64,000 nucleotides of DNA, taken from NCBI GenBank assembly GCA_027450205.1, contig DAIDJL010000004.1, positions 75,932-139,931 on the forward strand, read 5' to 3'. Under the pieces are notes generated by a model. That model had not been told where the DNA came from and did no database searches. It saw nothing but the letters and a program-made list of their open reading frames with translations. The position numbers were made by a program, and so were the translations under genes. The stretch is from Candidatus Parcubacteria bacterium (lineage in GTDB: Bacteria > Patescibacteriota > Minisyncoccia > UBA6257 > 2-01-FULL-56-20). This document shows, one piece after another, positions 7,790-18,326 of this stretch; positions within the stretch are counted from its first letter, which is position 1; each line of letters starts with the position of its first letter.

Positions 7790-8950
7790 ATGTCAAGTTT
7801 TCATAAAACGGTCTTCGTCGGGATGTCGGGCGGGGTGGACAGCTCCGTCGCGGCGCATTTGCTTAAAAAACAGGGCCATAACGTCGTGGGCGTGTTCATG
7901 AAGTGCTACAACATCGACGGGTGTGCCGAAACGGATGCGGAGGACGCGCGCCGCGTGGCGGAGCACATCGGCATCCCGTTTTACGTGTGGGATTTTGAGA
8001 CTGAATATAAGGATCGCGTGGTGCAATACATGATAGAGGGCTATCGCGCCGGGATCACGCCGAACCCGGATGTGATGTGCAACCGTGAGATCAAGTTCGG
8101 ATTGTTCTTGGAGAAGGCCCTCGCGAGCGGCGCGGACTACGTGGCAACGGGACACTACGTGAAGCTGAAGGCAGATACTCAAAAAATTAAGTCGCCGGCT
8201 TCGCATAAATCACAAAATGTGATTTATAAACTATACCAAGCGGACGATTCTAATAAAGACCAGTCATACTTTTTGTGGACGCTCGGGCAGAAGCAGCTTG
8301 CGCGTTGCCTCTTCCCGATCGGCGATTATGAAAAGCCGCGCGTGCGTGAGATCGCGCGGCGCGCTGGATTGCCGACGGCGGAAAAGAAGGACTCGCAGGG
8401 CATCTGCTTTTTGGGAAAATTCTCGCTGGATGATTTTTTGAAGGAATATATTCCGGAGCATCGCGGTGTGCTTATGACGACCGCAGGCGAGAAGATCGGT
8501 GAGCATTCCGGCGCGGAGTTCTATACCATCGGCCAGCGGCACATTGATGCGGACTTTGCGTTTCCAAAGACGGGGCCGACCGGCAACGGCGGTGCGGGCG
8601 CGGCGCGAAAGCCGCTGTACGTCGCACGCAAGGATGTGGCGACGAACACGGTCGTGATGGCGGAAGGGAGCGACGATCCGGCGCTGTATCGGAACGAAGT
8701 TGAACTTACACAAATGAATTTTATTTCCGGCGTGAAAATAGTCGGCGATGGAGCGGTTGGCGCTGGGTCGCTGCCGGTCCGCGCCCGCGTCCGCTACCGC
8801 CAGCCGCTTTCGGATGCGACGCTTTCGCGGCTGGAAAATGGGAATTATAAACTTGCCTTCGCGTCACCGCAGAAATTCGTGGCCGAAGGCCAGTCGGCGG
8901 TGTTTTATGGCGCGGACGGCGAGATGCTCGGTGGCGGAGTCATCCTTTGA
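7790..8950 (+). CDS. mnmA: tRNA-specific 2-thiouridylase
   Basis: VFVGMSGGVDSSVAA PP-loop, ... SQGICFLG ... Confidence 0.9.
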   Translation: MSSFHKTVFVGMSGGVDSSVAAHLLKKQGHNVVGVFMKCYNIDGCAETDAEDARRVAEHIGIPFYVWDFETEYKDRVVQYMIEGYRAGITPNPDVMCNREIKFGLFLEKALASGADYVATGHYVKLKADTQKIKSPASHKSQNVIYKLYQADDSNKDQSYFLWTLGQKQLARCLFPIGDYEKPRVREIARRAGLPTAEKKDSQGICFLGKFSLDDFLKEYIPEHRGVLMTTAGEKIGEHSGAEFYTIGQRHIDADFAFPKTGPTGNGGAGAARKPLYVARKDVATNTVVMAEGSDDPALYRNEVELTQMNFISGVKIVGDGAVGAGSLPVRARVRYRQPLSDATLSRLENGNYKLAFASPQKFVAEGQSAVFYGADGEMLGGGVIL

Positions 8951-8983
8951 TTCCGCGCGCCGTGAGTGCTAAAATATGCCTAT

Positions 8984-10210
8984 ATGCGCCAATCTCAATT
9001 GTTCTCAAAGACCGAGCGGAACGCTCCGAAGGACGAGGCGACCATAAACGCCCAGCTTCTGGCGCGGGCAGGGTTTGTTTCAAAGCTGATGGCCGGAGCA
9101 TATAGTTATCTTCCGCTCGGGCTGCGCGTGCTTAATAACATAGAGAACATCGTCCGCGAGGAAATGAATGCCGTCGGCGGCCAGGAAATTTTAATGCCGA
9201 TCATCCATCCAAAGAGCATCTGGGCGACGACCGGCGGCTGGGATAAGATCGATGTGCTGTTCAAGATAAAAAGCCGTACGGAAAAAGAGTACGCGCTCGG
9301 GCAGAGCGAGGAAGAGGTCGTTACGCCGCTCGTCATGAAGTATGTGAACACGTATAAGGACCTGCCGAGGGCGGTGTATCAGATCAACTGGAAGTTCCGC
9401 GACGAGCTGCGTTCCAAATCGGGATTGCTTCGCGGCGTGGAATTTTTAATGAAGGACATGTACAGCTTCCATGAAACACAGGCAGATTTTGAGCGGTTTT
9501 ACGCGGAGGTAAAGAAGGCATATTTCCGCGTGTATGAACGGATGGGGTTGGTGGCCAAGGCCACGGAGGCGTCCGGCGGTGCGTTCACGCAAAAAGTGTC
9601 ATACGAATTCATGGTGCTCACCGACGCGGGCGAGGATGATATTTTATATTGCGATGTGTGCGATTTTTGCGTGAACGCGGAGATCGCCAAAGAGAAGGAG
9701 GGCGGGCAGTGTACGCGCTGCGGCAAGGGAACGCTGGCGAAAGCACGGGCATCGGAGGTGGGGAATGTGTTCGATCTCGGACAGAAATTCGCAAAGGATT
9801 TTGATGTGACGTATACCGACAAAGAAGGCAAGAAGCAGCATCCGATCATGGGATGTTTCGGCATCGGCATTTCCCGTGCAATGGGCGTCGTCGTGGAAAA
9901 ATTCCATGATGAAAAAGGGATTATCTGGCCGGAGGCAGTCGCGCCGTTCAGGGTGCATTTGCTTGCGCTCGGGGGAGCCGATGGCGCGCATATTTACGAT
10001 TCTTTACAAAAAGCGGGCGTCCAAGTACTCTATGACGATAGGGAAATGTCCGCGGGCGAGAAGTTCGCGGAAGCCGATTTGATCGGTATTCCCTGGAGGA
10101 TCGTGGTCAGCCCGAAGGTCGGGGACGGCAAGGTGGAGGTCAAGCGCCGAACCGAAAAGGAGCCGCGCATCATGGACGTAAAGGAAGCGTTGGAACTCAT
10201 TAAAAAATAA
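8984..10210 (+). CDS. proS: Proline--tRNA ligase (short form without editing domain)
   Basis: class II aaRS motifs, anticodon-binding C-terminus, 'GIPWRIVVSPK'; start set at MRQSQLF. Confidence 0.9.
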   Translation: MRQSQLFSKTERNAPKDEATINAQLLARAGFVSKLMAGAYSYLPLGLRVLNNIENIVREEMNAVGGQEILMPIIHPKSIWATTGGWDKIDVLFKIKSRTEKEYALGQSEEEVVTPLVMKYVNTYKDLPRAVYQINWKFRDELRSKSGLLRGVEFLMKDMYSFHETQADFERFYAEVKKAYFRVYERMGLVAKATEASGGAFTQKVSYEFMVLTDAGEDDILYCDVCDFCVNAEIAKEKEGGQCTRCGKGTLAKARASEVGNVFDLGQKFAKDFDVTYTDKEGKKQHPIMGCFGIGISRAMGVVVEKFHDEKGIIWPEAVAPFRVHLLALGGADGAHIYDSLQKAGVQVLYDDREMSAGEKFAEADLIGIPWRIVVSPKVGDGKVEVKRRTEKEPRIMDVKEALELIKK

Positions 10211-10241
10211 TTAAACTATTACGCGACGGTTATCACACACA

Positions 10242-11285
10242 ATGGCACTTTTCGACAATGTATTCAAAGATATCGGCATCGACCTTGGTACGGCGAACTC
10301 GCTTATCTATTTAAAAAATAAAGGCATCGTGGTGAATGAGCCGTCTGTTGCGGCGATCAACACGAAGACGAACCATGTGCTCGCGGTGGGCGACGAGGCA
10401 AAGAAAATGCTGGGCCGCGTACCGCCGCACATCAACGTGGTGCGCCCGCTTGTGAACGGCGTCATTTCCGATTTTGAAATGACCGAAGAGATGCTGCGGC
10501 ATCTGCTGAGTCGTCCGAAAGCAAGTCCGATCATGTCGTATCGCCGCGCGATCCTTGCGATCCCGAACAATCTTACCGAAGTGGAACGAAAATCCGTGGA
10601 AGATGCGGCGCTGAACGCCGGCTGCTCGAAGGTATACCTCGTGGAGTCGCCGACGGCGGCCGCGCTCGGCGCCGGGCTGCCGATCATGACGCCGTCGGCG
10701 AGCATGATCATCGACATCGGCGGCGGCACCACGGACATTGCAGTGATCTCGCTCGGCGGCACCGTCGTCTCTCGTACGCTCAAGGTGGCAGGGGACAAGT
10801 TCAATGAGGACATCATCCGCTACGTGCGTGATGAGTTTCATCTTGCGATCGGCGAGCCGACGGCGGAGTTCGCCAAGATCGCGGTCGGTTCCGCGGTTCC
10901 GCTCGACGAGCGCATAGAGGTGCCGATCCGCGGACGGGACTATACGAGCGGCCTGCCGCGCGAAGTGGGTATGAAGAACAATCATGTGCGCACGGCGATC
11001 TCAAAATCACTCCGTTCGATCATTGATTCCGTTCATGAGGTCATCGAGGAAACTCCGCCGGAGCTGGCGGGCGACGTCCTGCGCGGCGGCATTGTGCTGT
11101 GCGGCGGCGGCGCACTCCTGCGCGGCCTGGATGAGCTGCTCGAAAAGGAGACCGGCGTCACCGTGACCGTGGCCGACGATCCGCTGACGTGCGTGGTGCG
11201 CGGGCTGGGGCAGATGGTGGATGACTTCGATGCGCACCGCGAGCTGCTCGATAATCCGCTGAAGCCGCTCTATATCAATCTATAA
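10242..11285 (+). CDS. mreB: Rod shape-determining protein MreB
   Basis: IGIDLGTANSLIY ... DIGGGTTDIAV actin-fold motifs. Confidence 0.9.
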   Translation: MALFDNVFKDIGIDLGTANSLIYLKNKGIVVNEPSVAAINTKTNHVLAVGDEAKKMLGRVPPHINVVRPLVNGVISDFEMTEEMLRHLLSRPKASPIMSYRRAILAIPNNLTEVERKSVEDAALNAGCSKVYLVESPTAAALGAGLPIMTPSASMIIDIGGGTTDIAVISLGGTVVSRTLKVAGDKFNEDIIRYVRDEFHLAIGEPTAEFAKIAVGSAVPLDERIEVPIRGRDYTSGLPREVGMKNNHVRTAISKSLRSIIDSVHEVIEETPPELAGDVLRGGIVLCGGGALLRGLDELLEKETGVTVTVADDPLTCVVRGLGQMVDDFDAHRELLDNPLKPLYINL

Positions 11286-11300
11286 CGGGATCTTCTTCTG

Positions 11301-12026
11301 ATGGGGCGACAGCGCATATCAAATAATCATTGGATCTCCGGCGCGCTCATTGTCATACTCGCACTCCTTATTTTTTTTGCCCCATCGTATGGCTGGAAGA
11401 TCCGCGCGTGGCTGAGTCCCTCGCCGGGCTGCCCCTCGGGAAGCAGCGCCGGTACATGTGTCTCGCCGTCGTCTTCGCAGGCCGATGGCCAATCGCTCGC
11501 CGCGGAAAATGATGCGTTGAAGGCGCAGCTCGCGCAGCTACAGGTGGTGGCGTCGCAGCTGCCCACGTCTACCGCCGGCGAGGTCCGCGCGATGGTGTAT
11601 TCGCGTTACCCGATGAACTTCAGGAACGAGCTGTTCGTGAATGCCGGCGCGAACGACGGTATCGGGCCCGGCGCGGCGGTCGTATTCCAGGGCATGCTGA
11701 TCGGCCAGGTGCGCGCGGTATTCCCGGATCAGGCGGTCGTCCAGACCATTTTTGACGATACGCTCAAGATGCCGGTGCGCATCGGGGCGGCCGGCGCGGA
11801 CGGGCTTCTGCAGGGCGGGTCGTATCCGTTCGTCGGTTCCATTGCGAACGCCGCGCCGGTCGCCCCGGGCGCAATCGTCTATTCCGCCGCGCCGGGCATC
11901 CCGTACGCGCTGCCTATCGCGACGGTGGCTGCGACGAGCACCTCGCCCGACAGCTTGTTCCAGCAGGCATCGCTCGATTTTCCGTACGACGTGAACAATA
12001 TACAAACGGTGTTCATCATAAAATAA
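11301..12026 (+). CDS. mreC: Rod shape-determining protein MreC
   Basis: N-terminal TM, coiled coil (ENDALKAQLAQLQ), beta-rich C-terminus; position after mreB. Confidence 0.75.
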   Translation: MGRQRISNNHWISGALIVILALLIFFAPSYGWKIRAWLSPSPGCPSGSSAGTCVSPSSSQADGQSLAAENDALKAQLAQLQVVASQLPTSTAGEVRAMVYSRYPMNFRNELFVNAGANDGIGPGAAVVFQGMLIGQVRAVFPDQAVVQTIFDDTLKMPVRIGAAGADGLLQGGSYPFVGSIANAAPVAPGAIVYSAAPGIPYALPIATVAATSTSPDSLFQQASLDFPYDVNNIQTVFIIK

Positions 12027-12043
12027 TTCTCACCCGGCATACC

Positions 12044-12478
12044 ATGCGACTGCGATTTATTCTCGCCATCCTTATTCTTCTCCTTGCGTGTGCGCTCCAA
12101 TTCTGGTTCGCCTCCGCGAACGTGTTCATCAATTTCATTCTCGCGGCGCTCATCGTGTTCGCACTCTTTTTCGATATCTGGGAGCTCCTCGTATTCATCC
12201 TCTTCGCGGTCTTCGTCGTCAACTGGGCTCCGGTTCCAAGTATTGATATCTTCGTGTTCGGAATCATTCCCATTGCGGCGCTCGTGTTCCATAACGTATC
12301 CGCCTGGACATCGTGGACGGCGGTGCCCGTAGCGATCATCTGCGGATTCCTTTTGCTCTACCTTGCCATCGCCCCCGCGGCATTTCTGGCAAACTGGGAA
12401 TTGTTCCTGGTGGATGTGTTCGGCGGCTTGGTGTTCGGCGGCTTGGTGTTCCTTACCTTGGACCGTCTGAAAGGATGA
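12044..12478 (+). CDS. mreD: MreD-like polytopic membrane protein
   Basis: synteny mreB-mreC-X-PBP2; entirely hydrophobic. Confidence 0.5.
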   Translation: MRLRFILAILILLLACALQFWFASANVFINFILAALIVFALFFDIWELLVFILFAVFVVNWAPVPSIDIFVFGIIPIAALVFHNVSAWTSWTAVPVAIICGFLLLYLAIAPAAFLANWELFLVDVFGGLVFGGLVFLTLDRLKG

Positions 12479-12487
12479 TCATCTTTA

Positions 12488-14416
12488 ATGAAAAAAAAAT
12501 CACAGGAGATACCATTTGAAGATTCACTGAACGACGACTGGGGCCATGATCTTGATATGGTGGAGGTTCCGCTTGGCGCCCGCCCCATGATCGCGCTCGG
12601 TGCGGTCATCACGGTCATCGCACTCGTCGTTTTCGGGCGTGTCGCATATCTCAACTGGAGCGGCGGCGCGTATTATGCCGCGCGCGCGGCGGACAACGCG
12701 GATCAGACGCAGGCGACGCCCGCACCGCGCGGGATCATCTACGACGCCGAGGGAGATCCGCTCGTGGAGAACAAGGCGGTGTTCGATGCCGTCCTTGATG
12801 CGCATCTTTTCATTTCCGATCCGGCGCTCCAGGGCGCTACGATCGCGGCGGCGCAAAGCATCCTTGGCATTCCGTCATCCACGGTATGGTCAATGATCGC
12901 CGCGAGCGAAGCGCAAGATTTTTCCACGCCGATCGTGCTTGCGCAAAATATCAGCCAGCCCGAGCTGGTGGACCTTCAGGCGCTCAGTTCATCGACCATC
13001 AGGATACAAAGCGATTTTCAGCGGTATTACCCGAACGGGCAGGTGTTCTCTTCGGTCATCGGATATGTCGGGCGGGTGAGTCAGGGCGATCTTTTAAAAA
13101 ATCCAACGCTGACCGCCGCCGATTTCGTGGGCAAGATGGGGATTGAAAAGGAATATGACGCGACTCTGCAGGGTACGCCTGGCGTGGACATTAAATTCAC
13201 CGATGCGTACGGAAAGGTGCTGGGAGAGGAGCAGCAGTCGGCTTCCACCATCGGCTCGCCGGTCCATTTGACGATCGATGGCGGTTTGCAGACCGATCTT
13301 TACAACAGTATAAAACAGGAACTCGCGCTGCTTGGCCGGCAGGTGGGCATCGGGCTTGCGATCGATCCGCAGACCGGTGCGGTCCTTTCGCTCGTCAATG
13401 TGCCGGGGTTTGATAATAACGCATTTGAGGCGCCGGCAAGCAGCACTGCCGAAATCAAGAATTATCTGACCTCGCCGGACGAACCGCTTTTCAACCGCAT
13501 CGTTTCCGGGCAGTATCAGCCGGGATCCACGATAAAGCCGCTCGACGCCGTTGCGGCGCTCAAGGAAGGGGTCATCACGCCGGATCGCCAGCTTTTTTCC
13601 CCGGGTTATCTCATGGTGCCCAACCCATACGACTCTTCCACCCCGACCAGATATGCGGACTGGGAACCGCATGGATATATCAATCTTGCGGCCGCGCTCG
13701 CGCAATCGTCCGATGTATACTTTTACATCGTGGGCGGCGGATCGCCGGAATATACCACACCGCCGCTCAACAATCCGGTCGATTATGGCATCAACGGGCT
13801 TGGTGCGGCGAAACTTTTCGATTGGTGGACCATGTTCGGCCTGGGAAAAAAGACCGGCATCGACCTGCCGAATGAGGCCGTAGGGTTTTTGCCGACACCC
13901 GCATGGTGGAGCACTGTCTCCGCGCGGCCATGGTCGCTGGGCGATACCTACAACGTTTCCATCGGGCAGGGATCGCTGGCCGTCACGCCGATCCAGCTGC
14001 TCAGTTATATCGATGCTATTGCGAACGGCGGGAAGATATATCGTCCGTTCCTGAACGCCAGCTCGACGCCATTTGTCAATGAAGACCTGACAAATCTTTT
14101 GCCGCAGATACAGCAGGTGCAGCAGGGAATGCTGGAAGCGGTGGCGGATCCGCGCGGCACCGCGTATACGATGAACGGGCTGCCCGCTCAGGCGTGCGCA
14201 AAAACGGGGAGCGCGCAGGTGCAGAACAACCAGGAAGAGAACGCGCTTTTTGTGGGATATTTCCCGTGCACCGATCCCCGGGTCGCATTGCTCATCCTCA
14301 TCGAAAACTCCAAACAGGGGAGCCTTAATGCGGTTCCTATCGCTAAGAACGTTTTTGATTGGTATTATTACAATAGGATGGTCGGCGGCGGGAATGCCAC
14401 GAGTACCACACACTAA
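12488..14416 (+). CDS. mrdA: Penicillin-binding protein 2 (transpeptidase)
   Basis: N-terminal TM, PBP dimerisation domain, STIKP active-site serine motif, KTGSAQV (KTG) motif. Confidence 0.85.
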   Translation: MKKKSQEIPFEDSLNDDWGHDLDMVEVPLGARPMIALGAVITVIALVVFGRVAYLNWSGGAYYAARAADNADQTQATPAPRGIIYDAEGDPLVENKAVFDAVLDAHLFISDPALQGATIAAAQSILGIPSSTVWSMIAASEAQDFSTPIVLAQNISQPELVDLQALSSSTIRIQSDFQRYYPNGQVFSSVIGYVGRVSQGDLLKNPTLTAADFVGKMGIEKEYDATLQGTPGVDIKFTDAYGKVLGEEQQSASTIGSPVHLTIDGGLQTDLYNSIKQELALLGRQVGIGLAIDPQTGAVLSLVNVPGFDNNAFEAPASSTAEIKNYLTSPDEPLFNRIVSGQYQPGSTIKPLDAVAALKEGVITPDRQLFSPGYLMVPNPYDSSTPTRYADWEPHGYINLAAALAQSSDVYFYIVGGGSPEYTTPPLNNPVDYGINGLGAAKLFDWWTMFGLGKKTGIDLPNEAVGFLPTPAWWSTVSARPWSLGDTYNVSIGQGSLAVTPIQLLSYIDAIANGGKIYRPFLNASSTPFVNEDLTNLLPQIQQVQQGMLEAVADPRGTAYTMNGLPAQACAKTGSAQVQNNQEENALFVGYFPCTDPRVALLILIENSKQGSLNAVPIAKNVFDWYYYNRMVGGGNATSTTH

Positions 14417-14417
14417 C

Positions 14418-15407
14418 ATGAGCGAGCTACGGCAAGATCTAACATCGGGGGATTGGGTGCTCATTGCGCCCGGACGCGCGACGCGTCCGAAATTTTTGGA
14501 TAAAAAAAGGCCGGCGCGCAAGCCCACGCCGAAAAGCACGTGCCCGTTTGAAGATCTCAAAAAGAACGGCAACTGGCCGCCGAGCTTCGTTTCTCCGGAC
14601 GAGAAAAATTGGAAGATCGCGGTGATCCCCAATAAGTATCCCGCCCTCGAGCGCGGCGCGGTCTGTTCTGTTCCGTTCCGGCATGGCATTTACCACGTAC
14701 GTACGGCGGTCGGGACGCATAATTTGCTTATCACCCGCGACCACAACAGGCATTTTACCGATCTTAGCAGGTCCGAGGCTGCGAACGTATTCGGGGTATT
14801 CCAGGCATTTCATGACATGGCGGCCAAGGATAAGTGCGCCGCGTATATTTCTACGTTCTACAATTATGGTCCGGATGCGGGCGCGTCCGTATGGCATCCG
14901 CATTATCAGATGCTTACACTTCCGATCATCCCGCCGCATAACGTCCGCTCGCTGCGCGGCGCGAACGAGTATTTCAAAAAATATGGGCGTTGTGTGCGGT
15001 GCGACATCATAAAAGTGGAGCGGAAAAAGAAAGCGCGCGTGGTTTTCGAGAACGAACATGCGATCGCCATCGCGCCGTACGCGTCCAAGCGGCCATTCGA
15101 AGTGAGCGTGCTTCCGAAAAAACACTGGGATTCGTTCCGCGATACCCCCCCTGCCGCCGTCCGCGATATCGCGCTCGCGCTCCAGGCCGTATTGCAAAAA
15201 ATGAAAAAATACCTGAGCGACCCCGATCTGAATTTTTTCGTGCATGATACGCCGCTCGACCACAGGGATTACCGCCATCATCATTGGCATATCGAAGTGG
15301 TCCCGAAAACCTCGTTGGAGGCCGGGTTCGAGTTTTCCACCAGGATCGATATCAATGTCGTGGATCCGGACATCGCCGCGGCGACCCTTCGCGGAAAGAA
15401 ATTATAA
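14418..15407 (+). CDS. Galactose-1-phosphate uridylyltransferase-like HIT-family nucleotidyltransferase
   Basis: HPHYQ (HxHxQ) motif, Cys pair CVRC, HHWHIEVVPK second half-site; start set at MSELRQ directly after mrdA stop. Confidence 0.65.
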   Translation: MSELRQDLTSGDWVLIAPGRATRPKFLDKKRPARKPTPKSTCPFEDLKKNGNWPPSFVSPDEKNWKIAVIPNKYPALERGAVCSVPFRHGIYHVRTAVGTHNLLITRDHNRHFTDLSRSEAANVFGVFQAFHDMAAKDKCAAYISTFYNYGPDAGASVWHPHYQMLTLPIIPPHNVRSLRGANEYFKKYGRCVRCDIIKVERKKKARVVFENEHAIAIAPYASKRPFEVSVLPKKHWDSFRDTPPAAVRDIALALQAVLQKMKKYLSDPDLNFFVHDTPLDHRDYRHHHWHIEVVPKTSLEAGFEFSTRIDINVVDPDIAAATLRGKKL

Positions 15408-15422
15408 CCTCGCCATTTTGAC

Positions 15423-15770
15423 ATGATAAAAAAGATAAAAAAATATCGCCTGGTCAGTTTGTTTTCTCTTGCGTCATTCGCGTTCGCCGCGGGAGGATTC
15501 TTCTGGGCGCTCGGCGAGCTCTCTGGCGCAGCCGGCGGGCCGCTTATCCTGCACTTCAACGACATGCAGGGGATCACGAGCATCGGCGATACCGGCACTC
15601 TGTGGTTCATGGGCGTGCTTGGTATCGCCATCACGGTCGTCAATTTTTTTCTCGCTATCGGGCTGGAAGAGCGGGATCGGGTTTTGGGCAAGGTTGTCGC
15701 CGCGATGACGCTCATCATGGCCATCTTGCTTTTTCTATCGTTCGCGGCTATAATCAAAGTCAATTATTAA
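15423..15770 (+). CDS. Hypothetical small membrane protein (3 predicted TM)
   Basis: hydrophobicity only. Confidence 0.45.
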   Translation: MIKKIKKYRLVSLFSLASFAFAAGGFFWALGELSGAAGGPLILHFNDMQGITSIGDTGTLWFMGVLGIAITVVNFFLAIGLEERDRVLGKVVAAMTLIMAILLFLSFAAIIKVNY

Positions 15771-15774
15771 ACCT

Positions 15775-16089
15775 ATGGCAAATGATTTTGCGGTGATCCA
15801 GACGGGCGGCAAACAGTACCGCGTCTCGCCTGGCCAGAAGCTAAAAGTGGAAAAGTTGGACGCCAAATCCGGCGATAAGGTGGTTTTTGACACCGTCCTC
15901 TTGACGTCCGTCGGAGACACGGTCAAGGTTGGCGCGCCGTATATTGCGGGAGCAAAGCTTGAGGCAAAAGTGCTCGGCGAGGGTAAGGGCAAGAAAGCGA
16001 TCGTCTTCAAGTATCATCCCAAGACCCGTTCACGCAAAAAGAAGGGGCACAGGCAGGAATATACGGAGTTGGAGATCGTTAAAATTTAA
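15775..16089 (+). CDS. rplU: 50S ribosomal protein L21
   Basis: FAVIQTGGKQYRV ... IVFKYHPKTRSRKKKGHRQ. Confidence 0.9.
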   Translation: MANDFAVIQTGGKQYRVSPGQKLKVEKLDAKSGDKVVFDTVLLTSVGDTVKVGAPYIAGAKLEAKVLGEGKGKKAIVFKYHPKTRSRKKKGHRQEYTELEIVKI

Positions 16090-16107
16090 TAAAAACGCAG
16101 AGATACG

Positions 16108-16138
16108 AAACCGCTCCTATGCACAGGGGCGGTTTTCT
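16108..16138 (+). terminator. Rho-independent terminator
   Basis: ccgctcct-atgcac-aggggcgg + TTTTCTTG. Confidence 0.6.
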
Positions 16139-16158
16139 TGGTGTGATACACTAAAGGC

Positions 16159-16389
16159 ATGAATATATTAAACACTGGTGGTGCGGGGTTGGCGGCCTTT
16201 GGGCCGTGGGTGCTGCTCCTTATTGTATGGAGCCTGTTCTGGAAAGGCCTTGCGTTGTGGCATGCCGGTCGCCGTGGCGAGCCGTGGTGGTTCGTGATCA
16301 TGCTTGTCATAAACACCGTCGGCATCCTGGAGATCATTTATCTGTTTGCTGTGTGCAAGCTGGGGTTTGGAGAACTATTCAAGAAATAG
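16159..16389 (+). CDS. Hypothetical small membrane protein (2 TM)
   Basis: hydrophobicity only. Confidence 0.4.
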   Translation: MNILNTGGAGLAAFGPWVLLLIVWSLFWKGLALWHAGRRGEPWWFVIMLVINTVGILEIIYLFAVCKLGFGELFKK

Positions 16390-16402
16390 CGATCGGGTCA
16401 AA

Positions 16403-17896
16403 TTAATTTATATAAAACACATCCGCACTTGGCGTTCCGGCCGGGATCGTGCTCGCTTGGTCGGGCAATAGATAATGGATGTTTGCCGCGGTCGCATCGG
16501 CGGCGGTGAACGAGTGCGTGATGAACATCGTCGTTTCGGCCGGGGTCGGGATGCCGCGCACGGGGACGCCCCCGGCGTTTACGATAACGTACTTCGGCGT
16601 GCTTGCGGGGAGCGCATTGATCGCGCGGCCGATGTCTACATAGTTTGCACTGAACGCGCCGGGGACATTTGGATTTTGAGCCCATATGACGAAGTAATCG
16701 TAGTAGCCCCATCCGGCGACGGTCACAATGAAGATGATCATGAGCGATTTCGCGAGCGCGACATTCCAATGTTTTTTAATTGCGCGATAGAGCCATACGC
16801 CGCCGAGCGTCGCAAAGATGAGCGCCGGCGCAAGCGCAAGGATGGAGCGCAACGCGTGGGGAATGCCCTCGTCCGATGCGGCGGCGGGCAGGATCCCGAA
16901 GATGAACCATGCGAACGTAAGCCAGATGCCGAACGGAGGGAATAGAGCCTCGTTTTCCGCGGTGACGTATTTCTTTCGCATGCGGCGGATGGCGTAATAG
17001 ATCGAAAGTGCGATGCCGAGCAGGAAGAGCAGGCCGACCGGCCAGAACAATTCCGGTGCGCCGCTCACGTTCTGCCGCCAGTTATAGTCGCCGTGCCAGT
17101 TGAACATCAGAAGTTCCTTTGTGATATTGACGACAAAGTCGCGCGCGGGATTGGATGCGGCGGTCACCGCGATCTGCGCGGTGCGGCCGAAGAAGCTGCC
17201 TGGCGTCGTGGCAAAGTACCATCCGATCGGCGCAGCCACGATGAATGTGGTGGCGATAAAGGTTGCGGTGCGCTTCCAGAATCCGGGATTTTTTCGGAAG
17301 AATGGGATGAACAATAGGAACAGTATTGGCGTGACGCGGTAAGCAATATAGGTATAAAAACCAAGGCTGTAGACGGTGCCGGCGGCAACCGCATAGAAGA
17401 TCGCCGTGCGTCTGTTGTCGTTGCGGAACGATCTCATGAGCAGCCAAAGCGCCCACACAAGCAGCAGCGGGGCCAGGATTGCGCGAAATCCGATCCGCGA
17501 GAAGATGATCCCCCAGAAACTGGTTGCCAGCAGGAATGCCGCAAGCAGCCCGGCGCCGGAGCCGAATAGTTCAGCGACCAGCAGATAGAAGCCCCATACA
17601 GTGAGGACTCCGGCGATGGCCGCGGGCAGGCGGACGACCCATGGCTCGGCGGCGTGGGTCGCATCGATGGCCAGTGCGACGAGGTTCACATAAAGCCCTT
17701 CGCGGCCGTTATCTTCCGGATAGAAAACCTTGAACTGTCCGGTTTCCGCGACCTCGGTGGCGTTGTTGCCGTTCATCGCCTCGTCCGGATAGAGGCCGGG
17801 AGGGACCGTTGTGAAATGGTAGAAGCGGAAGAAGGTTGCTATAATTAAAATGCCGATCAGAAGAACGTTCCGTTTGGTTCTCGTCATTCTATTCAT
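16403..17896 (-). CDS. GT39/GT83-family membrane glycosyltransferase (ArnT/PMT-like)
   Basis: N-terminal YPDEAMNG-like DE motif in first loop, ~12 TM helices. Confidence 0.75.
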   Translation of the reverse strand: MNRMTRTKRNVLLIGILIIATFFRFYHFTTVPPGLYPDEAMNGNNATEVAETGQFKVFYPEDNGREGLYVNLVALAIDATHAAEPWVVRLPAAIAGVLTVWGFYLLVAELFGSGAGLLAAFLLATSFWGIIFSRIGFRAILAPLLLVWALWLLMRSFRNDNRRTAIFYAVAAGTVYSLGFYTYIAYRVTPILFLLFIPFFRKNPGFWKRTATFIATTFIVAAPIGWYFATTPGSFFGRTAQIAVTAASNPARDFVVNITKELLMFNWHGDYNWRQNVSGAPELFWPVGLLFLLGIALSIYYAIRRMRKKYVTAENEALFPPFGIWLTFAWFIFGILPAAASDEGIPHALRSILALAPALIFATLGGVWLYRAIKKHWNVALAKSLMIIFIVTVAGWGYYDYFVIWAQNPNVPGAFSANYVDIGRAINALPASTPKYVIVNAGGVPVRGIPTPAETTMFITHSFTAADATAANIHYLLPDQASTIPAGTPSADVFYIN

Positions 17897-17905
17897 TATA
17901 TCAAA

Positions 17906-18325
17906 ATGGACCCATCACCATCATTTGAAAGCGCGTTGGAGGCGGACATGAAAACGCTTGCGGCGGAGATCCACCGCACGCAGGAAATGAAGGATAAAAA
18001 GAATGCGGAGGGGTTGGATGTGTTAAAGGAAGCGATCCGCGCGTTTCCGCAGCTCGATCACGAAGGCTCCGGTGGAAACGGCGTTCCGGTTGCGCCGGCC
18101 GTAGCTGCAGCGCAGTCGGGCAGCCCGCTTCCTGCGTACGCACAGAACGCGCCTGCGGAGATAAAACTGGAGATAGAGTATCTGCTTGATGTTGCGTTTC
18201 GCAAGGGCATCGGCGCGGCGCTTTCCGAATCCGCGAAGTCACCGTACTTCGTGCAGGACGCGTTCCATGACGCGCTCGCGGGGCGGTTGTATCCGGAGCT
18301 GCAGAAGCGCGGTGTGCTGAAATAA
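17906..18325 (+). CDS. Hypothetical protein
   Basis: ORF with no recognisable motif; immediately upstream of the coupling-protein-like ATPase. Confidence 0.4.
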   Translation: MDPSPSFESALEADMKTLAAEIHRTQEMKDKKNAEGLDVLKEAIRAFPQLDHEGSGGNGVPVAPAVAAAQSGSPLPAYAQNAPAEIKLEIEYLLDVAFRKGIGAALSESAKSPYFVQDAFHDALAGRLYPELQKRGVLK

Positions 18326-18326
18326 C

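Noticed and set aside
13094-14689. 531-aa minus-strand ORF antisense to PBP2 and galT-like genes
   Set aside because: It is antisense to two well-supported genes, has Arg-rich low-complexity translation and no start context. It is a GC-driven artefact.
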